64,000 nucleotides of DNA. It comes from Macrostomum lignano. Lineage: Eukaryota. The position numbers were made by a program, and so were the translations under genes. Each line of letters opens with the position of its first letter. The stretch's first letter is position 1. This document shows, one piece after another, positions 20,895-34,972 of the stretch. Location: NCBI GenBank assembly GCA_002269645.1, contig NIVC01000023.1, positions 1 through 64,000 of the forward strand, written 5' to 3'. The notes beneath the pieces are model-generated. The model ran no database searches and was not told where the DNA came from. It worked only from the letters and a program-made list of their open reading frames with translations.

Positions 20895-23800
20895 TTAGGC
20901 AGCCTGATAGCACATAATTAGCTTTTTGAAGGCCACGAATACACCTTTGCGAGGCTTGCTGAAATTCAGGTGAAAATAGTAATAGTGACTTTGGGGCGTA
21001 TGTCAAAAATAGATAACAGGTAATTGGCGGCTCATTAAACTACCTAGACGACAGGTATTTGGGTAATTGCCGGCTCATTAAACTACCTAGATAACAGGTA
21101 ATTGACGGTCATTCAAGTACCTTGATAGGAGGCAGGTAATTAGCCGCTCATTAAACTACCTAGATAACAGGTAATTAATGGCTCATTAAAGTACCTAGAT
21201 AACAGGTAATTGACGGCTCATTAAACTACCTAGATAACAGGTAATTGACGGTCATTCAAGTACCTTGATAGGAGGCAGGTAATTAGCCGCTCATTAAAGT
21301 ACCTAGATAACAGGTAATTAATGGCTCATTAAAGTATCTAGATAACAGGTAATTGACGGCTCATTAAACTACCTAGATAACAGGTAATTGACGGTCATTC
21401 AAGTACCTTGATAGGAGGCAGGTAATTAGCCGCTCATTAAACTACCTAGATAACAGGCAATTGGCGGCTCATTAAAGTACCTAGATGACAGGTATTTGGG
21501 TAATTGGCGGCTCATTAAACTACCTAAATAACAGGTAATTGGTGGCTCATTAAAGTACCTAGATAACAGGTAATTGACGGTTATTTAGGTACCTAAATGA
21601 CAGGTAATTGGGTAACTAGTGGCTCATTAAACTACCTAGATAACAGGTAATTAATGGCTCATTAAAGTACCTAGATAACAGGTAATTAATGGCTCATTAA
21701 AGTATCTAGATAACAGGTAATTGACGGCTCATTAAACTACCTAGATAACAGGTAATTGACGGTCATTCAAGTACCTTGATAGGAGGCAGGTAATTAGCCG
21801 CTCATTAAACTACCTAGATAACAGGCAATTGGCGGCTCATTAAAGTACCTAGATGACAGGTATTTGGGTAATTGGCGGCTCATTAAACTACCTAAATAAC
21901 AGGTAATTGGTGGCTCATTAAAGTACCTAGATAACAGGTAATTGACGGTTATTTAGGTACCTAAATGACAGGTAATTGGGTAACTAGTGGCTCATTGAAG
22001 TACCTAGATAACAGGTAATTGGCGGCTCATTAAACTACCTAGATAGCAGGTGATTGGCGGCTCATTAAACTACCTAGATCATAGGCAATTGGCGGCTCAT
22101 TGAAGTACCTAGATAACAGGTAATCGGCGGCTCATTAAAGTAGATCAAAGATAATTAGGGGCTAGTCAAAGGGCATAATATGACAGGCAGCTGCCTCACC
22201 ACTGAAAATAGCGCCTGCCATCGTACACCCCGTCGTGCTTGCCCTCCTCCTGGTCCAGCTCAACGCCGACATAATAATCTGTCCGGCCAGGCAGGCGGCC
22301 GACAAAGTGCACCAGGCCCTTCGAGATCCGACCGCCGTAGCGAGTGAATTTGACGAGGTCGCCAGACCGGATGTCGGCCGCCTGCTTTGGAGCGAACGGC
22401 AGCCGACCAGCGGTGGCGAACGGCTGCTGCTGAACGGGCGGCTCCATCGCACGCTGGCCAGAGGTGTCCCGTTGGCGGCTGCGCTGATGCTGAGTAGCTG
22501 AGCTGGGCCGCTGCTGCCTGCCTGATGTTGCCGTTGCTGCTGCTAGGAGAAGAAAAGAAATGAGAATACAAACTCCCGTCAAGTATGATACCTTTTGGGT
22601 TAAAAACACCACCCAAAACCTCAGGATCAATCATCCCAAACCTCAGGATCAATCATCCCAAACCTCAGGATCAATCATCCGAAACCTCAGGATCAATCAT
22701 CCCAAACCTCAGGATCAATCATCCCAAACCTCAGGATCAATCATCCGAAACCTCAGGATCAATCATCCGAAACCTCAGGATCATCAATCATTCCAAACCT
22801 CAGGATCATCAATCATCCCAAACCTCAGGATCAATCATCCTAAACCTCAGGATCAATCATCCCAAACCTCAGGATCAAACATCCCAAACCTCAGGATCAA
22901 TCATTCCAAACCTCAGGATCATCAATCATCCTAAACCTCAGGATCAATCATTCCAAACCTCAGGATCATCAATCATCCGAAACCCCAGGATCAATCATCC
23001 GAAACCTCAGGATCAATCATCCGAAACCTCAGGATCAATCATCCGAAACCTCAGGATCAATCATCAAAAACCCCAGGATCAATCATCCCAAACCTCAGGA
23101 TCAATCATCCTAAACCTCAGGATAATCAATCATCCGAAACCCCAGGCTCAATCATCCCAATCCTCAGGATCATCAATCATCCTAAACCTCAGGATCATCA
23201 ATCATCCGAAACCTCAGGATCAATCATCCCAAACCTCAGGATCAATCATTCCAAACCTCAGGATCAATCATCCCAAAGCCCAGGATCAATCATCCGAAAC
23301 CTCAGGATCAATCATCAAAAACCCCAGGATCAATCATCCGAAACCTCAGGATCAATCATCAAAAACCCCAGGATCAATCATCCGAAACCTCAGGATCAAT
23401 CATCAAAAACCCCAGGATCAATCATCCGAAACCTCAGGATCAATCATCCGAAACCTCAGGATCAATCATCCGAAACCTCAGGATCAATCATCCGAAACCT
23501 CAGGATCAATCATCCGAAACCTCAGGATCAATCATCCTAAACCTCAGGATCAATCATTCCAAACCTCAGGATCATCAATCATCCGAAACCTCAGGATCAA
23601 TCATCCCAAATCTCAGGATCAATCATCCCAAACCTCAGGATCAATCATCCCAAACCCCAGGATCAATCATCAAAAACCCCAGGATCAATCATCCCAAACC
23701 TCAGGATCAATCATCAAAAACCCCAGGATCAATCATCCGAAACCTCAGGATCAATCATCAAAAACCCCAGGATCAATCATCCGAAACCTCAGGATCAATC

Positions 23801-26629
23801 ATCAAAAACCCCAGGATCAATCATCCGAAACCTCAGGATCAATCATCCGAAACCTCAGGATCAATCATCAAAAACCTCAGGATCAATCATCCGAAACCTC
23901 AGGATCATCAAAATCATCCGAAACCTCAGGATCAATCATCCGAAACCTCAGAATCAATCATCAAAAACCTCAGGCTTAATTATCCCAAACCTCAGGATCA
24001 ATCATCCGAAACCTCAGAATCAATCATCAAAAACCTCAGGCTTAATTATCCCAAACCTCAGGATCAATCATCAAAAACCTCAGGATCAATCATCCGAAAC
24101 CTCAGCATCAATCATCCCAAACCTCAGGCTCAATCCTCCGAAACCTTAGAAAAAGCCGTCAGCAGTTTTCACTCACAGTTTCTATCAACAAAATAGCCTG
24201 CCCCAGCAGTATCTTGATGCTGACCCGGCCGTCTAGCTGGAGCCGCCGTGGCCGCCGCCTTCCCATCAGCTCCGTAGAGAAGCAGATCGTTAGTCCGATC
24301 GTCCTCGTCAGAATCGCTTGTCCCGCCGTTGCTAGTGTAAGAAGCTGATCGACCGTTTCGCCAAGCCGCAGGCGGCTGCTGATGGCTGCCATAGACTATG
24401 GAACGTTCTGCTTGGCGTCCGTGATTGGCCGGCCTCCTGCTGTTCCGCTGCTGCTGCTGCCGCTGCTGCCGCTGCTCTGAGTCCAAGGAGTGGCGCATCT
24501 TATCGCCAATTCTCGACTGGCGTTGCTGCCGATGATGAGGCTGATGAGGCTGGGGCGACCGGCCTAGGGAGCCGTAGTAAGGACGAGTCTCCGGTTCGAA
24601 TTCATGCTGCCGATCGTCATTGTATAAAAACTGATTTGAGCTGCCTGTTGTTGGTATCGATGCTAGCGCAGGGTTATTGGCATCTGTGTGGTTTGGCAAA
24701 TTGTGATTTCTTCTTTTATTGAGATTCTCTCGGGGGCGATTCTCTTGGGAGGCGATTCTCTCGGGGGCGATTCTCTCGGGGGCGATTCTCTTGGGAGGCG
24801 ATTCTCTTGGGGCGATTTTCTCGGGGGCAATTTTCTTGGGGGCGATTCTCTCGGGGGCGATTCTCTTGGGGGCGATTCTCTTGGGGGCGATTTTCTTGGG
24901 GGCGATTCTCTCGGGGGCGATTCTCTTGGGGCGATTTTCTCGGGGGCGATTCTCTTGGGGGCGTTTCTCTTTGGGGCGATTCTCTTGGGAGCGATTCACT
25001 CGGGGGTGATTCTCTTGGGGCGATTCTCTTGGGAGGCGATTCTCTTGGGAGGCGATTCACTCGGGGGTGATTCTCTTGGGGCGATTCTCTCGGGGGCGAT
25101 TCTCTTGGGAGGCGATTCTCTTGGGGGCGATTCTCTTGGGAGGCGATTCTCTTGGGAGGCGATTCTCTTGGGGGCGATTCTCTCGGGGGCGATTCTCTTG
25201 GGAGGCGATTCTCTCGGGGGCGATTCTCTTGGGAGGCGATTCACTCGGGGGTGATTCTCTTGGGGCGATTCTCTCGGGGGCGATTCTCTTGGGAGGCGAT
25301 TCTCTTGGGGGCGATTCTCTCGGGGGCGATTCTCTTGGGAGGCGATTCTCTTGGGGCGATTTTCTCGGGGCAATTTTCTTGGGGGCTATTCTCTTGGGGG
25401 CGATTCTCTCGGGGTGATTCTCTCGGGGCGATTCTCTTGGGGCGATTTTCTTGGGGGCGATTCTATTGGGAGCGATTCTCTTGGGGGCGATTCTCTCGGG
25501 GGGCGATTCTCTCGGGGTTGATTCTCTTGGGGCGATTCTCTCGGGGGTGATTCTCTCGAGGGCGATTCTCTCAGGGGCGATTCTCTCGGGGGCGATTCTC
25601 TCGGGGGCGATTCTCTTGGGGGCGATTTTCTCGGGGCGATTCTCTTGGGGGCGATTCTCTCGGGGGCGATTCTTTTGGGGGCGATTCTCTTGGGGGCGTT
25701 TCTCTTGGGGGCGATTCTCTTGGGGCGTTGGGGGCGATTCTCTCGGGGGTGATTCTCTTGGGGCGATTCTCTCGGGGGTGATTCTCTTGGGGCGATTCTC
25801 TCGGGGGTGATTCTCTCGAGAAAAAGTGAAAAGCTGCACAATGCATTTAATCAAGCTTGAAAAATGAAAGCAAATAAATGCAAAGAAATAAACTTTCAAG
25901 AAAGAGTTGTGCGCGTAATTTAGGTGCTGAAGGTTCGTTTAAACAAAATGTAAAATTGTGCAAATATCAAGTTCAAAGAAAGATTTACAAAAATACTAGT
26001 AATATTTTAACAAGAATGTCGATGCAAGTAATATACCAGGGATACCAGGGGGGCACCAGGGATCCCAGGGACAGCAGGGATGTCAAGGACACCAGGGATG
26101 CCAAGGACGCCAGGAACACCAAGGACGCCAGGGATTCCAGGGACTCCAGGGATACCAGAGACAACAAGGACGCCAGGGATGCCAGAGATTCCAGGGACTC
26201 CAGGGACGCCAGGGGCTCCAGGGATACCAGAGAAGCCAGACACCAGGGACTCCAGGGATACCAGAGAAGCCAGACACCAGGGACTCCAGGGATACCAGAG
26301 AAGCCAAACACCAGGGACTCCAGGGATACCAGAGACGCCAGGGACACCAAGGACGCCAGGGATGCCAGGGATGCCAGGGACGCCAGGGACAGTAAGTAGC
26401 AACAGCAAGAGTTCAATAATAAGTGCCAAAGACCCAAGTTAAAGTTACATAGCAGCGCACAAATACAACACCAATATTTAAAGGTTGAGAAAAAAAAGCG
26501 CCATGAAAAAACAACAGCTCACAAACTGCTGTATCGGCCATAAATCGATCAATCATTCGATCGTATCGATCAACGTCTGATCTGTGCTGAAGGAACTGTT
26601 GCTGATGTTCAACAGACTGCTGCTGCTGC

Positions 26630-26660
<31 letters not shown>

Positions 26661-29600
26661 TAAAAATGTCTCTGACTCTTGGCTGTGCGCCTGACCGTTC
26701 AACTAACAGTCTGTATGGATTGTCTGACGAAAATCCACCTGATTGCGGGTGCACGGATCCGCAAAAATGCCATTTTTATCAGGCGAGGGATTGTTTTCGT
26801 GTGTCACAATTGTTGTCATGTGTCATAATTATCATGTGTCACAATTGTTGTCATGTGTCAATATTGTTGTCATGTGTCACAATTGTTGTCATGTGTCAAT
26901 ATTGTTGTCATGTGTCATAATTATCATGTGTCACAATTGTTGTCATGTGTCAATATTGTTGTCATGTGTCAATATTGTTGTCATGTGTCACAATTGTTGT
27001 CATGTGTCACAATTGTTGTCATGTGTCAATATTGTTGTCATGTGTCACAATTGTTGTCATGTGTCAATATTGTTGTCATGTGTCATAATTATCATGTGTC
27101 ACAGTTGTTGTCATGTGTCAATATTGTTGTCATGTGTCAATATTGTTGTCATGTGTCACAATTGTTGTCATGTGTCAATATTGTTGTCATGTGTCACAAT
27201 TGTTGTCATGTGTCAATATTGTTGTCATGTGTCATAATTATCATGTGTCACAGTTGTTGTCATGTGTCAATATTGTTGTCATGTGTCAATATTGTTGTCG
27301 TGTGTCATAATTATCATGTGTCACAATTGTTATCATGTGTCAATATTGTTGTCGTGTGTCATAAATATCATGTGTCACAATTGTTGTCATGTGTCAATAT
27401 TGTTGTCGTGTGCCACAATTGTTGTCATGTGTCACAATTGTTGTCATGTGTCACAATTGTTGTCATGTGTCAATATTGTTGTCATGTGTCACAATTGTTG
27501 TCATGTGTCAATATTGTTGTCGTGTGTCACAATTGTTGTCATGTGTCACAATAGTTGTCATGTGTCACAATTGTTGTCATGTGTCACAATAGTTGTCATG
27601 TGTCACAATTGTTGTCATGTGTCACAATTGTTGTCATGTGTCACAATTGTTGTCATGTGTCACAATTGTTGTCATGTGTCACAATTGTTGTCATGTGTCA
27701 CAATTGTTGTCATGTGTCACAATTGTTGTCATGTGTCACAATTGTTGTCATGTGTCACAATTGTTGTCATGTGTCACAATTGTTGTCATGTGTCACAATT
27801 GTTGTCATGTGTCACAATTGTTGTCATGTGTCACAATTGTTGTCATGTGTCACAATTGTTGTCATGTGTACCACAATGTTAGCTTCATGCACATGTACAA
27901 AAATTAGGCAATCTCAGTATGTGTTAAATCCATCTAATACCTTGCTAGGTTTAATGAATGTCAAAAAAACTAAAAAAAGCTTGAATTTAGCTCAAAACCC
28001 TACTTATAGTAGACAGAAAAGAATATTGAAGCAAAATACATATTATAAAACCAAAAAACTAGAATTTACCGGCAAGTCCGTAGGGATCGGCTGCAAAGAA
28101 CGGACTTCCGGTCTCCAATAGGCGTCGATTCTCTCGTTCCAACTGGTAGTTCCGGTCGCGAAGCACGTCTAACTCGGCTCGGAGACTGTCAAGTTCGGCT
28201 CGGATAAATTCCATGTCCGGCTGCTCTCGTTGCTGACGCAGTCGGTTTAACTTGAATAGAAGATTTCAAATTAGTAGTTTATTTATTTGCTATAATTATA
28301 ACTGTAATTATAGGAAACCAACAAATCATTTAGGTAAATCCTAAAGCAAACTTTTTTGAGTAGACGGCGAGAGTAACTATACCTTATGCAAAACAGTTAA
28401 ATGCTTCGTCATCTAATTAGTTTCAAAAGATTATTTAAAGGGCTTATACTCGTACTTTTAGATCATTTGAAAGGGCGATTCTTTGTTAACGCACCTCATT
28501 TTTCAAGGCTTCGTTTTCAACCGTGACCTGGTCCAGTCTGGCGCGCAGTCGGTTCTCGGCCACGGTTGGCGCCACTCTGGCGCCGCCACTGGCGCCGCTG
28601 TCAACTGGAGAGGAGGCCAACTTGAGAGTCTCGTTGGCTTCTTGCAGATCCAAGATTTGCTGCTCCAAGTCCACTGGACACAAAAATTAAGGTGAGTGAA
28701 TCTTATCATAGGATCGATTGTAAGCTAATATGTACGACCAGAATCGATTGTGAGATAATCTCTATGACCAGAATCGATTGCAGCCAATGCTAGACAGTTC
28801 ACACAATGAAACTAAAACTCATAGTGACACAAGTTGCTCATAAACGAATAATAGCTAATAATTAATGTACAATAATTAATAAATAAATACTGCAACATCT
28901 TTACTTACCAATACGTCTCTTCAAAGCAGACGGACTCTCGGGATCATACTCTGGCAGTGTAGCGTACTGCTGCTGCTGCTGCCGCTCCAGGGCTCTTCCA
29001 GAGGGAAATTGTCCTCCTACAGGCCTCTGTTGCTGCTGCTGCTGACGAAGCTGGTTTAGCTCCGTTGCCATGGTTTCTTTTTCAAGCAGCAGTCGGTCTA
29101 ACAGGCGTTGAGAGTCTTCACTGCTGAGGCGCGGACCCTGGCTCTGTGACACATTGTGTTGTAAGAATGAGAGTAGGGATTTGAATTGCCTGCACTAGGA
29201 ATTGCATCTCTAATCCCATATTTGGGGATCAGGATTAAGACACTGGGAATTGCATCTCTAATCCCACATCTGGGGATCAGGATTCAGACACTGGGAATTG
29301 CATCTCGAATCCCATATTTAGGTATAATGAATAAGGATTAAAGTAAGTCGCTGAGATCCGAATCAAATCTACTCACCTGAGCAGTTGCAACAGTCGCGGC
29401 AGAATCTCTTCCACTAGAAGCAAATTGCCGATCGCTTTCAACAATTTTAACAACTGTTTGTCGCTTCTGCTCACTTCTGGGAGTTAAAGCTGTAGCAGAC
29501 TGATCCTCTGTGCTGCTCAGAACTGGTGCATCTCTGGCATCTCGATAATCCTCAGATTTGCTCACTACGGTGGCTTCGTCGGCAGATTTGGACTTTTGCT

Positions 29601-31357
29601 ACAATTAATTTTGAGCTTGAGTTGCACATGCCTGACTGTCGTGAGCGCACAGTCCAGGCCCAGACAAACAGGGTTTGAGGAGACAAAGAGAGGACAGATA
29701 GACTGAATTTTTAGACTATGCACCCTGCTTGCTGCGGTAGGCAACGCAAATTGGAACAATTTTTGGTAATGCGTTCCTCAAACAGCTACACCTACAGACA
29801 TTGCATGAGTCATCTCTCTTGTCAGCCAGAATTTAACGACTGGGCATGGTGTGTAAAAAATGTTAACGCAGTATATACTCGTAATTCTCCCTCAGCCCTA
29901 ACCCTAACAGAGATATGAAGTGTCGGAGATATGAAGTGTCGGAGATATGAAGTGTCGGAAGATATGAATTGTCGGAAGATATGAAGTGTCGGAGATATGA
30001 AGTGTCGGAGATATGAAGTGCCGGAGATATGAAGTGTCGGAGATATGAAGTGTCGGAGATATGAAGTGTCGGAGATATGAAGTGCCGGAGATATGAAGTG
30101 CCGGAAGATATGAAGTGTCGGAAGATATGAAGTGTCGGAGATGTGAAGTGTCGGAGATATGAAGTGTCGGAAGATATGAAGTGTCGGAGATGTGAAGTGT
30201 CGGAGATATGAAGTGTCGGAAGATATGAAGTGTCGGAAGATATGAAGTGTCGGAGATATGAAGTGTCGGAGATATGAAGTGCCGGAGATATGAAGTGTCG
30301 GAGATATGAAGTGTCGGAGATATGAAGTGTCGGAGATATGAAGTGCCGGAGATATGAAGTGTCGGAGATATGAAGTGTGTGTCGGAGATATGAAGTGTGT
30401 GTCGGAGATATGAAGTGTGTGTCGGAGATATGAAGTGTCGGAGATATGAAGTGTCGGAGATATGAAGTGTCGGAGATATGAAGTGTGTGTCGGAGATATG
30501 AAGTGTGTGTCGGAGATATGAAGTGTGTGTCGGAGATATGAAGTGTGTGTCGGAGATATGAAGTGCGTGTCGCAGATATGAAGTGTGTGTCGGAGATATG
30601 AAGTGTGTGTCGGAGATATGAAGTGTGTGTCGGAGATATGAAGCGTGGGAGATATGAAGTGTCGGAGATATGAAGGAGACATGAAGTGTCAGAGGCGTCA
30701 ACTCACAAATCAAAGCGACAGTCATGCATCCGCAGGCTCTGACTTTCCATTGTACACTCCCTGCGCCGAGGGGATAGGAGATGGGGCAAATGAAATGACT
30801 GAAGCACTGAAGGCCAGACTCACCCCGCCGGAGCTACTGCTGTAATAGTGCATCGGCGGAGGCGTTTGAAGCCGCTGATGTCGGGCCACGGTCTGCGAAG
30901 CGGCTGCCAGAGCCTGCTGGTGCTCTTTTGTGGTTGAATCGTCAGTTCCGACAACGACCGTGGCTCGATCGGCGCTGTAGGACCGCCGGCCGCGGATCTG
31001 CCTGTCCCGCTCGATGTCGGCATCGAGGTCGCGCAGCAGCTGCTCAGCCCGCGACTGACGAGGACGAGCTGGTGCTGTTGGCGGGGGTTTCGACGACGAT
31101 GTCGAGGTTGCTGACGCTGCTGCTGCTGATGAAGCTGACTGAGGAGCAGCAGCTGGGGGTGGCTTTGATGTCGCGGTATCACTGGCACTGGCACTGGCAC
31201 TGGCAATTCCAGTGGTGGTTCCGCTAGTAACACCGGACGAATTAGTCAGGATATGATCGGGGATTTTCACTCTGAAGCCAGGCCTGGCCTGAGCATCGTT
31301 GCCAGCCTCTGCGGCGCCAATAGATGAGTCAATCTGACCCCTGGGGCTTTTGCTCAT
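20895..31357 (-). CDS. Coiled-coil protein with C-terminal CAP-Gly domain, 9 exons (826 aa)
   Basis: Exons 30824-31357, 29377-29598, 28909-29143, 28495-28673, 28070-28250, 26523-26738, 24177-24683, 22200-22542 and 20895-20958 join with consistent phases at GT-AG sites. CAP-Gly: GLVHFVGRLPGRTDYYVGVELDQEEGKHDGVYDGRRYFQ|CKPRKGVFV. Confidence 0.85.
21015..22142. repeat. 35-bp intronic minisatellite
   Basis: Unit aggtaattggcggctcattaaactacctagataac with higher-order duplications. Confidence 0.93.
22605..24148. repeat. 22-bp intronic minisatellite
   Basis: Unit atcaatcatcccaaacctcagg. Confidence 0.95.
24722..25820. repeat. 14-15-bp intronic minisatellite
   Basis: Unit ggggcgattctct(c/t)g. Confidence 0.95.
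26033..26389. repeat. 9-bp-based intronic minisatellite
   Basis: ccagggact / ccagggatg / ccaaggacg variants. Confidence 0.85.
26800..27868. repeat. 19-bp intronic minisatellite
   Basis: Unit tgtcacaattgttgtcatg, homogenised towards the right end. Confidence 0.95.
29178..29325. repeat. ~48-bp tandem repeat, ~3 copies
   Basis: ctgggaattgcatctctaatccca..ggggatcaggatt.agaca. Confidence 0.75.
29906..30690. repeat. 16-bp intronic minisatellite (17/20-bp variants)
   Basis: Unit gagatatgaagtgtcg. Confidence 0.95.
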
Positions 31358-34300
31358 ACTTGAGATACTAGAAGTAGCTCTGTCTCTTTGACTTTAAAGT
31401 TTGTAATTATTATAATTTTTGGGGCAGCACAAATGTAAGTTCTGAAAGGGTTTATTGATATAAGTAGCCTGTAATGTATTTCATAACAGTAATAAAAAGC
31501 AAAAAAATAATTGTCAACATACACACATGGCCTAATGTTTAGCTTGGAGTTAAAAATTACATTTTATATCCATTCTATGCTATTTTTAGGTATGGTTAAA
31601 ATGCAGCTAGATTTTAAATATAGAAATGCATGTAGAAATGAGCAAAATATGCTAAATGAAATAAAATAAAATGTATTTAAGAAATAAATAAACATTTATT
31701 TAATATTTTAAAAAATCATAAAGTTAAACTTGCCAGATGGGACCTTTAAAAACTCCTAGTTAAACTGGTAAAAAATGCTGTACAGTACAAGCATAGTGTT
31801 CAAGTGTTGTAGTGTTTAGCTGATAGCATAGGCTGTTGTACAAAAAAAGCTGAAAATGTAATACCTTTTTTAAACATATCGCCTTTTAAAACAGCTTAGA
31901 TAAAAAAACAGTTCCTGATTCAAAGCAAAAATATAGAAAAAAACAATTATTAAAAGTTTTAAAATTTAAAAAATTATGAAATATTTTAATTGAAATTTTA
32001 ATTTAAAATTTACATTTTTAAAAATGGTAATGACACAATGACACAGTCACTGAATCAGAATTACCAAAAACCTAAAAAATGCACTGCACAGCATAGAGTT
32101 TCAATGCTTAGACATACACATGGAACTTACACTTAAAATGGAGGCTGAACTCCCTGGCTTACTCACATCAATTTATTTACTATAGGCTTAATAAAAAGCA
32201 AAACCGAATCCTGACGAATCGATAACTTTCAGAATGATCAGGACATATAACAATTAAAATAGGTCAACACTCTTCATAGACCCTACAAAGACATCTTTAT
32301 ACTGACTTAAAGAGAATAAATACTCACAATTTTTTAGCTAAATTAGTAATATCTTTTTGAACTTTAATGTTAAGTACTAACATTTGTTTTAACGGAAAGC
32401 GTTTAGAACAAAGTGTGAAATATTTTTTGATTTGTAGAAAATCGTTGGATTTCGAAAAGTCTTTTACGCCGTTATTTCTGAACTGGAATATTTTATTCAT
32501 TTTGTGCCTAGTTTCAGTTTCAGATTTCTTGCAATTTTGCGCTATAATCACATAATTAAAGTTCCATTTTATTTATTTCTACAGACTATGTATAAACCAT
32601 AATCCTTATGTTATGTGGTGTGAGTGTGAACTGTAAACAGTAAAATTTTCAATTTTTGCGAAGGCCTTGTTTCACTTCCTTAGGCTAGGCCTACGATATA
32701 GGGAATATAGGCATTGCCTATAGTTTAGACTAGGCCTAGGCTTTAAGTAAACCTAGTATGGCCAGTTTATTTTAAACTCTATGTGTTTTATTGAATCTGC
32801 GTAGGCCTGGCTTACTGGCTAGGCTAGGCCCTACATAAAGTATTAGATATGAAAGTATGATGTAAATCTTTTATGATGTTTAAATTCTTCTTTAGAGTTA
32901 AGACCCTAATAAAGGCCTAAAGCCATAGGATATCCTGCAGAAATTCAGAATTGTTTGTTAAATTATTTTCTTATTGTTTAAATAATTTGGCCTATTAGTA
33001 TTTGAAAAATCCAAAAAATGCTTATCATTAGGCCTAAATAGGCCTATGCATTTGCCATTAGACCCAAAGCAGAAGAACATTGAAACTTGTTTTTAGGTGC
33101 ACAGTCATTTTGTCTGCCGCCTTTTTGCCTGCTGGCAAACAAAACTTCTTAAAAAGAAAAAGTAATAATATAGCTAGGCCTACATAGTCATAACTTGTTA
33201 AGTCTTTTTTATAATGAAATACTGACACTATGAGTCCTGCAGAGTTTTGTGAGATGTCTTTTTGTATGTGTAATTTTGTTTATTGCAACATTTCAAAGAT
33301 ATATTATATTTAATTTAAACATCCATTAAACAAGTTTTTGTGACAGTCTGATAAATCAAAAGGCAAAATTCTAGTTGAATACAATTATGACCTAACTAGC
33401 TGATTGTTGCAAACATTATTATTATCCTTAGCCCTACTCCCATCCAATGATGATAATGCATTTGCTGTCCTGTTGCAAAGCCCTATTGGAATAAGTTGAC
33501 AAAACAGGAACAACTATATATCGCATCTTTAGATTCTCTTGGTGTTGCATCGCACGACAGTGTGTCGAGTGGTATGTCGCGTCGCGTGACACTGGAAACC
33601 TGATGTTGTCAAGTGTTGGATGCGCCGTCATGCCCTATGGTTTTGGTGTCGGGAGTGAACGGCAGAATAGGAATTGTCAATTGCAACGTGGCTGCTATGG
33701 TATCCTCCCTCCCCCTGCTCATTCGGTTAATCAACATCGGTGTTGCATCGCATGTCGCTGCCCCTTAGTCAACAAAATTTGGTGTTGCCTTGCGCTTTTG
33801 AGGGCACAATTTTGGCACCCGTGTCACGCATCTATGGGTTTTAAAACTTATTCTAATAGAATTGCAAAGTTCATTCATAATAAACAAAAAGTTAGTAGGC
33901 TTATAGTCAAATCAACATTTGGTTGGGTCTTTTAGGTAATAATATTTTGAGATACACTTGTACCTTTGAAAAAATGATTTCATTATCTTTATTTTTAAGT
34001 ATTTTTAAGATATACAGTATAGTCCATATATTTATTTTTAATATTATATATACATGAATATTGATGTCATATTTAATATATTTTGTTGGTAGACACAGCA
34101 ATTGTATCATATTTTTGCAGACAAAAGAGTAGCAAACTAGCAGCACACAACAACCGTCAACCTGTTTTTCTAACTAAGCAACATGTGATTGACTAAAGCA
34201 TTTTATATTGTATATGTACTAGGCCAATTTATTCAACTGCTTCTTTTTAATTTACATAGGCCCTAGTTACCTAATATAAATATAAGCATAAAAAGTGACT

Positions 34301-34730
34301 TTTTAAAAGAAAAAATAAAATCATTAATAAACTTATAGTTATAGGGCTAATTTTCTATAATAAGATATTTTTTGTATATGTAATTTCATTTATCATAGTA
34401 TTTTAAAGAAACAAAATTTGAGCATCCATTAAAATTTTAGACAAATTCAATGAGACTAGAGAGAATTGATATAATATATATTAAAGGCTAAATTCATAGT
34501 TCTTAAGTTGAATAAAATTGACTTATTATTATTAGCATTAATATAAACCATAGTCCCATCTAATGATAAATGTATTGATCTCCTTGTTGCAAAGTTTATT
34601 CATTATAAACCAAAAAGTTAAACTATAATATAGCTATATAATTTTGAAAACTTTACATTTGGGTTGTTTGGGAAATGTTCTTTCTTTAGAGTTACTCATA
34701 CTTCTAATAAAATAAGTTTACTATCTTTAT

Positions 34731-34972
34731 TATTTTAAGTTTCTGTAATTTTAAGATATACAGAATCCAGATAATTCCTTTTAATATTATTATGAACATT
34801 AATACTGATATTATATTCAATATATTTTTCAGCAGACCAAATGACTGCATTATTTTAAGATTCTGTAATTTTAAGATATACAGAATCCAGATAATTCCTT
34901 TTAATATTATTATGAACATTAATACTGATATTATATTCAATATATTTTTCAGCAGACCAAATGACTGCATTA
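34731..34972. repeat. 120-bp tandem duplication (2 copies)
   Basis: 34741-34852 is repeated exactly at 34861-34972. Confidence 0.9.

Noticed and set aside
22560-27907. Long ORFs in intronic satellites (464-aa RINHPKPQDQ, RESPP/GGDSL, collagen-like GVPG, CHNCC repeats)
   Set aside because: They are open in several frames or strands only because the units lack stops, and they lie inside introns of the CAP-Gly gene model, which closes without them.
29822-30725. 273- and 286-aa HISDTSYLR-repeat ORFs
   Set aside because: Translations of the 16-bp satellite.
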